Below are positions 50,286-61,379 of a DNA stretch of 64,000 bases, one piece after another. The notes under the pieces were generated by a model. It did not search any database. It was not told the origin of the DNA and was given only the letters and a program-made list of their open reading frames with translations. The stretch is from Isurus oxyrinchus (lineage: Eukaryota): contig JANJGN010000021.1 of the NCBI GenBank assembly GCA_026770705.1, positions 1,922,001 to 1,986,000 on the forward strand, read 5' to 3'. The position numbers and the translations under genes were made by a program. How positions within the stretch are numbered: the first letter of the stretch is position 1; every line of letters begins with the position of its first letter.

Positions 50286-50865
50286 ATTTTTATCAAGGAG
50301 ACAAATGAGATAAGATGCTATATTTTGAATTCATTTGTGTACCTTGAAGCTTTATAAAATTAAGACAGTTTATATTAATTGTGTTTGATTGTGTGCAGGT
50401 GGCAGGCATTGACTGGGGATTCACTAAAGCTCCTACAGATAGGAAGAGAATTAAACTATGGTTGCTGGATAAGGAGGTGCATGTTTGTAATGTGTATCTC
50501 TGTAAATAACTGATTATAAAAGTATGTAAAGATTGGCTCCAGTTCTATCCTTCACCTTCTGGCTTTCTGGAAAATAGAAGTGATATCTGTATTAAATATT
50601 CCTTCCTTGCATTTTGGTGTCATTGGGTACCACCAATTTTTTGTTCAGCTCCATGGCCCTGAGCATCGATTTACTTAAGGGCCGTTCTGACATTCGTACC
50701 AAAAAGCAATTTAATGGATCAGAATTGTGAGGCCTAACTCAGTTAGCTGAACCCAGCAATATTTTGTGAAGTCTAATAGGTCAACAAGACAGCTGCAGCA
50801 TGATTCTACTGCCTGTACTGATGGCTAATGAGACTTCACACTGGCGACAAAACTTCAGAACTCTT

Positions 50866-50993
50866 GGGCAGGATTTTCCAGCCCTGCCCACTGCTGGGGT
50901 TATCCAGTCCAGTTGAAAGTCAATGGACTTTTGGCTGGGCCAACAAATCTTCTGCGGCAAGTCCCACCACAACGGGGCCAGAAAATCCCGGTC
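50866..50993. mobile_element. Short Harbinger-like MITE
   Basis: TIRs gggcaggattttc / gaaaatcccggtc. Confidence 0.55.
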
Positions 50994-51188
50994 TTAATCT
51001 TCTTATTTTTTACCTTTTTTTTGCCCTCTTAAATATGCTTTCTTTCTCCCTCTACCTCTCTATCTCTGGTTCCAACAATATCCAGCAGCTGACAAACTCT
51101 AAATCTTAGCCCAGTAAATAACAGACAACCCCATATCTACTGGTGGGAATCTACATGGATTCTTTTCAGTGTTTTCAGGGCAGTGGCC

Positions 51189-51829
51189 GAGGGCTACAGC
51201 TCCCGGCGTACCCAGGGCTCCAATGCAAGCGCAGAATGAGGCAAAAGGGGTGGGCTGCACATGCTTGGTTTAGGTTCCCTTTGGTGGCTGGAGAGAATGT
51301 GCAAAAAGTTGTCCAGGTGACTAGGTGTGAAACCCCGACCACGGGACCAGAGGGTTAAGTGAGAAATGAGCCTATGTGACAAAGTTACTCCTGGCAGAAG
51401 AAGAAGAGGGCTTCCAGGCTGAGTTGGAGATGCTGTTGAGGGAAATCAGAGGCTATATCCTCAAAGGAGGGGAGATGAAATCCCTCAAGAAGAAGACAGA
51501 GTTTTAAATAATTTTTATGACTCACAGTGATCACTAACATTTGGGTTGGCTGCCAAGAGAGATTGTGGGTTCTGTTTTGGCTGTATCTGTCATTTGGTAG
51601 TAAGCACAGTTTTTCTGCTCATTCATGTTGACCTCATGTTAATTCTCAATGTTAGATTATAAGATCAATCACAATGGCTGTTTGCTTTGTTGACTTTTAC
51701 ATAGTAAAAGTTCTTTTGTTTGTTTAAAAAATGTGGAATCTTGTGGCTTTATTCTCTTCGTAAACCTTGAGATTTCAAATTTTGTCTACCTTAAATAAGA
51801 AGTTACTGGTTCCTAACTGGGTTGTAACA
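51189..51829 (+). repeat. 5' LTR
   Basis: gagggctacagctccc..ggcagaagaag..ggcttccaggctgagttggag..cacagtgatcact recurs at 56866-57345; ends TGTAACA immediately before the PBS. Confidence 0.8.
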
Positions 51830-51833
51830 AAAT

Positions 51834-51852
51834 TGGGGGCTCCTTGAGGGAT
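51834..51852 (+). promoter_or_regulatory. Primer-binding site, tRNA-Pro type (degenerate)
   Basis: tgggggctccttgagggat versus the canonical tRNA-Pro PBS TGGGGGCTCGTCCGGGAT. Confidence 0.75.
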
Positions 51853-51944
51853 TTCAAATCCACAGGCAGATACGAGTGCAGGGACTTGCTAAAGTTAGGG
51901 CTAACAGGATCTCATAGTGAAATTTTCTGTACTTATTAAAACGC

Positions 51945-53811
51945 ATGATGGCTTTGTCAATTACTGTGACTTTTCTGGAGAGGGAAGATTTATCTCTGAG
52001 TGAGTTACATCAATTAGCCAAGTTTAGTATCAGTAGAAAAGTTGACATTAGATTTAAAAGCAGGGGCTAAAAAAAGTAGATATTATTGGGGTAATAGCAC
52101 AGCATCAGGGATTGGAAGATGAAAAGCCTGACCCAGAAAGAATGCCGCTTGAGTTGGCTAGAATTTGGTTGCAGGTGAACCAGCTTGAGTTATAAAGAGA
52201 TAGACAAATGCAAAAACTCAAACTTAAAAAAAGTAAAAGAGGAAAAAGAAAAAGAAATGCAATGCCCTGAACATGAACTCCAGAGAGAGAAGTTAGCAAG
52301 GGAGGAAAGAGGAAGAGAGTTTTAAAGAAATAAGGAAGCCAGACAGTATGAACTGGCTAAAGAAAAGCTTAGGTTACAGCGTGAAAGAGAGGCTAATAGC
52401 TCGGATGATGAGTCAATCCTCATTCCGAACTTTGATGTAACAAAGAATCTTTGCCTTGTTCTAATTTCACTGAGGATGGAGTTGAGAGATATTTTATCAC
52501 ATTTGTAAAAGTGGTTACAAAGCTAGGGTGATCAAAGGACACATGGAATCTTATTTTTCAGAGCATTTTGGTGGGGAAAGCAAAGGAGGTGTATTCTAGT
52601 CTTTCTGACGGACAATCCTCAGATTATGAGGCAGTTAAATCTGCAGTACTTAAAGCTTATGAGCTTGTTCCTGAAGCATATCAGGAAAAGACCAAACGAA
52701 ATGTTTGTAGAATTTGCCAGGGAAAAAGAAATGTTGTGAGACCGGTGGTTTTGATCGCTGAAACTTGAACAGAATTTTGAGAATGTGAGAGAGGTAATGA
52801 TAATGGAAGAATTTTGAAACAGCATCCAAATAGCCATCAGGTCATACCTGGAAGACTGCAAAGTTCCTAAAATAAGGGAAGTGGCAGTTCTGCAGATGGG
52901 TATGCTATATCACATAGTCAGCTAGGGGGTGGTAGATCTCCTTTTGTGAACCCACGTGAATGCTAGAGGAATAGAAAAGATTCTGGCTTTAGGGAGAAGG
53001 TGGAAGATGTTCCAGTCGATAAAAATGATGGTATAGAGGGTAAAGTTCATGTAAAGAAACTAGTGTGTCTAAAAAATTCATTCATGGGGTGTGGACATCG
53101 CTGGCTAAGCCCACATTTATTGCCCATCCTTAATTGGCTTTGAGAAGGTGGTGGTGAGCTGCCTTCTTGAACCACTGCAGTCCAAGTGGTGTAGGTACAC
53201 CCACAATGCTGTTAGGGATGAAGTTCCAGGACTGTGACCCAGCTTTCATTGGTGTAGGACGGGGACATATAAAAACAAATTGTTGCAAGCTGAACATTAA
53301 GTCTGTTGCAGTAATAGGGACGCCTAAGGAGACTTCAGAAAAGACAGTATCAGTAAAGAAAATGGGTGTTAAAGCAGTAGCAATGGTAACATGTTCCCTC
53401 AGAACCTACTAGAATGGGGAATATGACTCAGGATAGTCAAGCGGATTCTTCCTTAGATACTGATGAAGTGACACAGGTTACCAGAGGTCATAAAGGTTTT
53501 GTCTCTAAGGGAGAGGTGTTCCCTTACACCTCCAACAAAACAAGTAAATAAAGTCATAATTTGAGAAATACTGGGGCAGTTCAGTCGCTGATGATGGCCG
53601 ATGGTGAGACTTGTGTTCCAGGTGGTTTGTTGAAAAGAAAGTATTAACAGGGAGTATTCATGGGACTTATGAACCTATTCCCTTGTGTCGAGTTAATTTA
53701 TGAAGTGACTTAATGAACAGAATTATTATTGTGGGAATTGTTCCTAGTTTACTTATGGAAGGGGAGGTTTTACACTGGGTAATGATTTGGTAAGTACAGG
53801 TGCAGGTGATG
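51945..53811 (+). pseudogene. Gypsy gag (SCAN/capsid-like, zinc knuckle) and aspartic protease, disrupted
   Basis: MALSITVTFL..AGAKK.DIIGVIAQH; LVGKAKEVYSSLS..DYEAVKSAVLKAYELVPEAYQ; knuckle GHIKTNC split by a LINE piece; protease LRNTGAVQSL..VGIVPSL..LGNDL. Confidence 0.85.
53070..53243 (-). mobile_element. L2/Crack-like LINE 3' tail inserted in the gag zinc knuckle
   Basis: Matches the tail at ~11780-11950 (tttattgcccatcc..gagctgccttcttgaacc). Confidence 0.85.
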
Positions 53812-54837
53812 GTGTTGCAGCAGTTGCTCAATCAGATTGAACTTGACAAACTCCTTAAAATTACTATGGCCAAACTCGAGAAGCTTATCGTCAATAAGGA
53901 GAAAGATGTAACTGCCCTAAAAGCCAAAAATTAGCATTTCAAAACTGACCGCGAGAAGCAGTATCTTGAAGTGAAGCCCAAGGCAAAGAAAAGTTAGCAT
54001 CAGAGATGCAAGAATGTCAAAGGCTGCATGAGGAACTGGAATCTGCTGAAGAAAAACTGCTCAGTGTAGAGAACAAAAGATGAGATAGGTCAGGGAAAAT
54101 GAGAAATGGTGTGAACACTTGAGTGTCAGTCACAAGAAGTGGAGACACTTGAATGAGGATGAGAAATGTCTAAATGATAAGCTTGTAGAAGCAAATTCAA
54201 CAAAGATAGATCTTCAGTTAAAACTTAATGAATTTCAAATATCAGAAGTCTCTATTAAGTATTGTGAAAAACTCCTTGAGCAGGAAAAGGAATTACTGAG
54301 GAGTCAGAACAGTTGGTAGAAAGCAAAATTTCAAGCCAAGACTGGCAAACTACTGGAGTTTTGTCATGAAAAGAGCAATGGAATTCTTGAACCCCAATGC
54401 AATCTGGAAAACAAAAAAAAGATCAGATGTTTCAGCATGAAAGAGCAGATTCAGGCTTTAAAAGCAGCTAAGGATTTTTTTTTTAAGAAGCAGATTGAGG
54501 ATCTAATGAGTAAATGAAAAGCAGCGGTCATCAACTATGGAAGAAAGATTCCAAACTGAACTGAATGTACCTGTGAAACAGGCGACTCTAAAACAAAGAC
54601 AACTGAGCTCACCAGAGCAGGTGAAGACCTTCATAGTTGACTGAAACAAGAAAATGAAGCTCATGAATAACTGTGGATCAATTGGTTGAGGTAGATGTCT
54701 CTAAGACCGGAGCAGTTGCTGAGTTGACTGAAAAGATTAATAAATTTGGAAAACAGCTGGACAATAAGAGGGTAAACAAATATTTGGTTGAAATTGTGAA
54801 AGAAGTGGAAATGCATGTTCCACTTTTGAAGCGCCAC
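53812..54837 (+). pseudogene. TPR: Intronless fragment of nucleoprotein TPR (N-terminal coiled coil) inside the LTR element
   Basis: [146 protein letters not shown], colinear with vertebrate TPR as recalled ([77 protein letters not shown]); stops and frameshifts; weaker similarity continues to ~56200. Confidence 0.88.
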
Positions 54838-54870
54838 TAAATTTATTCATCTGGCCTTGATCAAAACAAT

Positions 54871-56059
54871 GGCCAGAATCTTCCACCCCCATTGGCGTCA
54901 GGCATCATGGCGGACATGAGCAGACAATATGGTGAGAAGGCCAGAAATCAGTTTTAAGCTGTCATGAAACCAGTTTGCGATCGTCTGCTCTGCCCGTCAA
55001 TTGCAGGCCATGTTTCCCACCTCCAGACATCAGCAATGTAATTTTAACACATTTGCATCTAATTATAAGCCCTACTCACCAGAATCATCCCCACCACACT
55101 GGATCATCCGGCATCACACTTATGTGTTTCACAACTGTACATAAGCGACATGCACCAGGCGAGCTGCACTTCACTCGGCACTTCGAGGTTTGTTTGCCTA
55201 CTTTTCTTTAGATAGCACTCACTGTCATTTGTGCCAGGCTTCACAGGCAGCGCCACATCACTTTTAGGGGGGTCCACATGCAGGTCATACCTGTCAGATC
55301 AGCCATAAGACGGGTGTGGCTTTTCAACAGCTGCAGGGCAAGGTCTTGCTTGGGGAAGAGGGAGAAGTGGCCTCAGGCAAGGGAAGAGGCTGCAGAGTGA
55401 GAGCTGTACTGGGGAAGAGGGTATCCCAGGTTGTGAGTGGGGGGCACATGCTGATTATGCTTTGTGAGAGAGAATGAGTGGTGATATCCCTTGAGCTGGA
55501 GTGAGTGAGATGTCAGTGAATGTGTGATGACTCTGTGAGCGTGTGAGTTCAGAGGGATCAGACGGTTCCCTTACCCAGGTGGCACCGATGAGATCACTCA
55601 TCCATTTTCTGCACTGGATGGCCAACTCCTTGAGTGCAACTTTGGCACTGACCACCTCTACCACCTCCTCCCAAGCTGGAGTGGGTGAGACTGATGGGCC
55701 TCCTGCGGCCAGAGCGGGAGTAGAGGACATTGCAGCGGGCCTCCATGGTGTCCAGAAGGCATCCTAGGGATGTGTCACTGAATCAGGGGGCTGCACTCTT
55801 CTTGGCTTTTGGGGCCATGTCTTCATCAGTGCCCCCCTGGGCTGCAAGTTTTGAGAAATGTATGTGCAGCAGCGGTTTAAAAATGGAGCCCTGTGTGAGG
55901 AAACAGCGAGGTAACGACATGATGGGCAAATGGAAACGGCGTATTTCCTGTGGCTGCATAATTAATGAGGTGAGAATGGGATGAGACAGCGCAAAAAGCA
56001 CACGTTGCGGCTGGTGGATAAAATGTCCATTTTAGTGCAAACTTGGGATGATTCTGCTC
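54871..56059 (+). mobile_element. Non-autonomous Harbinger derivative (1.19 kb) inserted in the TPR fragment
   Basis: TIRs ggccagaatc / gattctgctc; 3-bp TSD AAT; left end homologous to 29561-29870; minus strand carries Myb exon 1 (MAPKAKKSAAP*FSDTSL..LLD) with donor near 55571. Confidence 0.88.
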
Positions 56060-56435
56060 AATGAAACAACAAAATCTTTCCTGAAGGAAGTGATTGAAGA
56101 AGATAATTTTGAAACTGGTTGTCAATCACAAATACACACTTTCTTTAGCAAACTTAAAGGACCAATCGAAGGCACGCTTCCATCAACAGAGGTGAAGAGT
56201 AAGAAACATGTTCTTCTGTATTAAAGTTGGGAAACCAATGCAAAAGTCATTTGTGCCATATAGTGTGACTACTATGCATCCATATGTAGACAGAGGGAGG
56301 CCAGCAGAGTGATTCGGTTTGCAGTTCCACCAGATAGGCTGAAAAACCATGGCACAAACTGGAAATATGAGCTGGTCAAGATATTTCTAAGGAAAACTTC
56401 AATGTACCTTCATTATATTTGGTTGACCATGAAAT

Positions 56436-56637
56436 GATTATAGGAACACAATGTCACTGCTGATATTCTGTCCAGAGTTTAAAGAAAGGGAATAGGAAAA
56501 AATGCAAACTCTGAGTTTATGATAGTTCTAAGATGATTAAATCCTGCTATCATAAACTCAGAGTCTGCATTTTCTCCTATGCCCTTTTGTTAAACTCTGG
56601 ACAGAACATCAGCAGTTACACTGCTGTTCCTCTAATC
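56436..56637. repeat. Inverted repeat, ~90-bp arms with a 21-bp loop
   Basis: 56436-56525 versus 56547-56637 (ctctgagtttatgatag / ctatcataaactcagag; ctgtccagagtttaa / ttaaactctggacag). Confidence 0.9.
56440..56482 (+). pseudogene. RNase H C-terminal remnant of pol
   Basis: aat gtc act gct gat att ctg tcc aga gtt taa = NVTADILSRV*, cf. NxxADALSR ending pol in Gmr1-order elements. Confidence 0.6.
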
Positions 56638-56865
56638 TGTTTTGGTAGAACACAACTCTATGATGTGTAATTGTGAAATATGAAAATGTTACTTTTACAG
56701 TATGTAATAAGCTATTTGTTAGAAGTTTGTGATCATAAAAACTCATAAAGAACTGACATTGTAAAGAAAACCTTCACTACAGTGAAGCTTTCCTTTTTCT
56801 AAGGGAAAAAATGGGATGGAATTTATGGCCGTGGATTTTATTTTGGTGTTCCCAGGGTGGAGGAT

Positions 56866-57350
56866 GAGGACTACAACTCCCAGCATTCCCAGGGCTCTGG
56901 CACAAGTACAGAGTATGACAGGGGACAAGCCACCACACCTGTTCCTGGGTTCCCTTTGACAATGGGGAAAAGGCAGAAAAAAGTTGCCCACCTGACCGGG
57001 TGTGCAGTGCAAATACCCAATCACAGAACCTAGGGGCAACATGAAAAATGTGCTCACTGGCAAGGTTAGTCCAGGCAGAAGAAGCAGGAGGGCTTCTAGG
57101 CTGAGTTGGAGTTGCTAAAAATTGAAATGGGAGGCTAGATCCTCGAAGGAGAGGAGCTAAAATCCCATATGAGGAAGACAGTGTTTTAAAGAATTTTTGT
57201 GATTCACAGTGATCACTGACGACTGGATGGGCTGCTGAGCAAATTTATGGGTTCTGTTTTCTTTGCATCTGCCATTTGGTAATAAACAGTTTGTCTGTTA
57301 ATTCATATTGACCTCTTGCCAATTCTGCATGTTATATAGTATAAGACAAA
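56866..57350 (+). repeat. 3' LTR (truncated), preceded by a purine tract
   Basis: Direct, diverged repeat of ~51189-51660; agggtggagga at ~56854-56864. Confidence 0.75.
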
Positions 57351-59656
57351 TCATATTGATTGCTAGCTTCATATCTGACCCACAATGAAGGCTACAGCAA
57401 CCGGTAAGCCAGAGCCAGGCACATGTTTAATAGGTGGATATCCATTTACCGAATCAGGCACCAGAAGACTGTAAATCACAACTGTTTTATTGTTAAATTA
57501 TTGTTCAGTACAAACACCAGTTTCCACTTTTCTCTTCTAGATCCTCTCTCTAACCAGAAGCAAAACCCACTTACTGAGGGAAAACCCAACTCTTAAGTAC
57601 AGGCTTCAATGAGTATCACCTGCTCTCAATTCACTCTGAGGCTTGTCCTGGTTTACTCTTAAAGGGACCTGCATTTCTAACATTGTCAGCACATAAGGTG
57701 GGGGAAGGGGGGTTGGTGGGTGGCGTTGATCGGGGTGGAAGGGAGGTCACGAACCTGAAGGTGGCAGGTTGGTTTGCTTTATAGTGGAGTAGATTGCAGG
57801 CTTGAGGAAGGATTAGAGGGAGTCAGAGGGCATAGGGAGGGGAGTGCAGGGTGTGAAACGCCTCGTGGTGGGAGGGATTGAAGTTCGGAAGCCAGTGGGG
57901 TGGTATAGTGTATCAGAGGCCTCGTGGTGGTCTGGGGCTGTAGGGGGGAGAATCAGGGACCTGGTAGCGTGGAAAGATCAGAGGAGTCATAAGGGGGGAA
58001 GATCAAGCATCTAATAGTGTTATCAGAGGCCTAAGGATGGGGGCGGGGGGAGGGTCAGGCCTTGGGGAGGGTGTGTGGCAATTGTGCAGGCACCTGGATC
58101 CATGAGGTGAGTATAAAACCACTCACCTGAATCCACCGAGTTCTCATCTTGATGAAGCTGCTGGGTTTCCCTGTATAAAGTAAAAATCTGAATGACAGCC
58201 TCACTATCATATTTAAAGTAACAGCAAACCTACTTGGAGTAGGTTGGTTGCCCACCCAACCTCTGGCCGCAGTTAAAGCAGGAAAATCGATGAGATGAAG
58301 GTGGGTTTGTGTCGATAAACAGATGTTTTTGGCCTTAACTTTTCACCTGACCCAAGTCTGCCATGTTTTGATGTTAAAATGCAGCTCAAGGTGTCAATAT
58401 CAAGTATAGTCTTCAGGTGAAGCAAATAAGAGACCACAAAATATTTGGGCCAAGACACGTTGACATAATTGAGACCCCCTTCTGTCCATATTTCTATATA
58501 TAACATCATAAACGTGAGCTTGGGTATTTATAATGGAAACCACCTCTTTAAACTCATCATGCTGCAATCACATCCTCCTGATAGTGGTGATATGCAGTAT
58601 CTTCACTGGTGGGGGTGAGTGAGGAGAATGGAATGGCTCTGGTGAGGGCACATAAGTATGTTCCATATATGCAAATAGGAATTTATAATGAACCAAATTG
58701 ACAAGGAGAGAATGCAAAAGCATGTGAGGTTTTTAATATATTTGTAGATATTCTAAATCAAGGGATAGAAGCCTATTTTAATTCTGTTAAACTTAAAATT
58801 GAGCATTAGCTGGCATTGTCTGCAATGTTTTTAAGTGTAGAAAAGCAGGTTGCATTACGATAACAAATAAATATCATGTGCTGCAGCCGACAACAAGGAG
58901 CAACGTGTTCTAACCACAGATCATACCTAACTCGAAATCAATTATGGTAAGAAAATGGCCCTTTTGAGGCATTTCAGAACAGTGAGGCCTCTCATAAGAT
59001 ACTAACCGCAGAACTCATTTTCTGTAATCTTACAGGTGAAGGAACAAAATGTATATTTTGTAACCACAATTCTGATAAACTGAATACCTACAAATTTGAT
59101 TCAATTTCTTATTTTTGCTGATGATATGAGGCAGGGAGTTACAATGGAGATGAAAAAGTCTTTGGGCTAACTGAGTGGAGTTTCAGGTACATTGTACGAT
59201 GTATTTTAGAGATTCATCTCTCAAATATCTCTGATATTCTTAGCAATTTCTCAAAATAAGATGATTTGAAATTCACATAAGCTTATGAGAACATTGTTGT
59301 ATCACTTTAGTGACCAGATTTCACTTTCCCAAGCGACCATGGGACTTGGATTTCAAAAGCATTACCTTTCAAATGCCCATTAAGAAATATAATAAAACAA
59401 CAGATGCTCTTCTGAAGAATTCCATGATCTGGTTTGACTGCAGACATTAGGAATGACAGGACAGCTCAGAGCTGAGAAGCTTTCTCATCACCTTTATGGC
59501 CTTTGAGAACCAAAATACAGTGTGGTTTCTGTGAAATAATTGGATTTTATGTCAAGAAAATTGTTGAAAAAATAATTTGCAATAACACACAAAAGATTAA
59601 AGAAAAAACTTAGAAACAAAGTGGAGAATTGTGTCTTTAAATAAAAAAACAAAATA

Positions 59657-59810
59657 TATTGCTGATAAGAAAGACATATTGCCGAAACTTTTCATCTTGC
59701 ACTCATCGGGACAAATGCAAGAATGCCAAATTTCAAACATTCACAATATATACTACAAGGGAAAAGGTTGCTGATTGGTTAGCAAGTCGGCTCTGACTGG
59801 CTGACACATT
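59657..59810 (-). mobile_element. Penelope-like terminal fragment with degenerate hammerhead (family B)
   Basis: Minus strand tttgtc CCGATGA gtgcaagat GAAA agtt TC ggcaa; homologous to 7578-7742. Confidence 0.6.
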
Positions 59811-59884
59811 TCCACGGAGAAAGCAAAGTGGAACTATAGGCCCAAGCTTCAGGGTAATTTAAGAAGCTTTTCATCATTCACTTG

Positions 59885-60150
59885 CAAAAAAAACAAAGAT
59901 TTGGCATTTGTATAGCACCTTTCATGGCCCGGAAACATCCTAAAGCACCTCACAGTCATTCAGGTGCCTTTAAAGTGTAGGCTCTGTTATGTAGGGAATA
60001 CAGAAGTCCATTTGCACAAGGTAGCCCACCCACTTCCCAACCCCCACGTCCCTCCCCCTCCCAAAAAAAACAATGGGCTAAATGATATAGTTATCTGTTT
60101 CAGTGATATTGGTTGAGGGGTAAATATTCGGCTGAACACTGGGGAGAATA
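59885..60150 (-). mobile_element. DeuSINE-type SINE fragment
   Basis: Reverse complement of the tail and core of 39989-40425 (gcatttgtatagcacctttca..ggttgaggggtaaatatt). Confidence 0.65.
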
Positions 60151-60769
60151 TCAATTAGTAGTCACCTAACTGATGGAACTTATTAACATTTTAAAGTGAT
60201 TTTGTCTTTTTTTTCATTTTTGGGAATAAGTTCTAGTTTAAGATAATTCAACCAGTATTCTACTGAATTCAAAGGAGCAGATCAGAGTTTGTAGCCTAGA
60301 GTTATCAGTGGCTTGAACTCATTGATCTTGATGCTGTATCTCTTACCAGTCAATCACAGAACATCATTCATAGCAATTGAGAATGTGAGAAAAATAGAAA
60401 TGAGGAAAGGCTTGTCAGTATCTCTAGTTTCCAACGGCTTGAAGGCTGATTTTTTGGACCAAGCTTTTATATATCTACCAGTTTGATATCCAGCTTCAAT
60501 ACCAAGCTTAAGTCTTTGTATCCCAAACAAGTCTACTGTTTGAAGGAAACTGCTCAGCAAACAGTCTGACAGAGAGGGCAAATTAAATGTAGTAAAATAT
60601 CTCAACTTCCTAATTATGCTGAGAAGTAGCTCAATTTAAAGAAGTGTTACTTCCACATATTAGGAAGCCAGTTGAGAAAAAAACACATCAATACTGCTGG
60701 ATGTTTCCTTTGGACACTTTTCCATGTTTAAATATACCATATAAATACACATTTTTGGGGAGGAGGTGA

Positions 60770-61375
60770 ACAGCATTGAGATTGGGAGACCAGCGAGAGA
60801 AGCATTGGAATAGTCAAACCTGGAGTAAGAAAGGCATGGAGGTGAGTCTCAGCAGCAGGTGGCTGTGGTAGGGCAGAGTGGGTGATGTTATGGAGGTGGA
60901 TGTAGGTGGTCTTACTGATGGAGAGGATATATGGTTAGAAACTCAGCTCACGGGTTGAATAGATGCTGAACCAGGACAGTCTGGTTCAACCTGCAACAAT
61001 AACTGGGAGATGGGTGGAACTGGGGCAATGATGCAGTGTTTGTGGCGAGAGCTGAGAAGATGGCTGAGGTCTTCCCAATGCTTAACCAGAAGTTTGTTGT
61101 AGCTTATTCAAGACTTAAAGCAGGACAAAAAGTCTGACAGCACAAGGCAGTGGATAGATCAGGACAGGCAATAGTAGCGCTGGTTAGCGTCAACATGAAA
61201 CTGACTCCATGATTTCAGATGATGTCACTAACAGGCACAATGTAGATGAGGAAGATGAGGGGGCCAAGGTTTTGGGGGTCTTCAGGTGTAACAATTGGAG
61301 GGCAGGAAGAGAAGCCAGGACTGGAGATGCGTTAGTTACAATTTGTTGAGTAAGAATGAAACCAAGTGAGGGCAG
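60770..61375 (-). mobile_element. Old L2 LINE fragment
   Basis: gcattggaatagtcaaacctggag..gagaagccaggactggagatgc, the reverse of L2 RT motifs also seen at 20390-21540. Confidence 0.5.
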
Positions 61376-61379
61376 TTAG

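Larger units (their letters stand above)
51189..57350 (+). mobile_element. Decayed Gypsy (Gmr1-type) LTR retrotransposon carrying a captured TPR fragment
   Basis: 5' LTR ~51189-51829 (ends gtaaca), tRNA-Pro PBS, gag, protease, RNase H terminus, PPT-like tract and truncated 3' LTR ~56866-57350 homologous to the 5' LTR. Confidence 0.85.

Noticed and set aside
53812-54837. Functional host TPR gene exon
   Set aside because: No introns, multiple stops and frameshifts, and located between retrotransposon protease and RNase H remnants.
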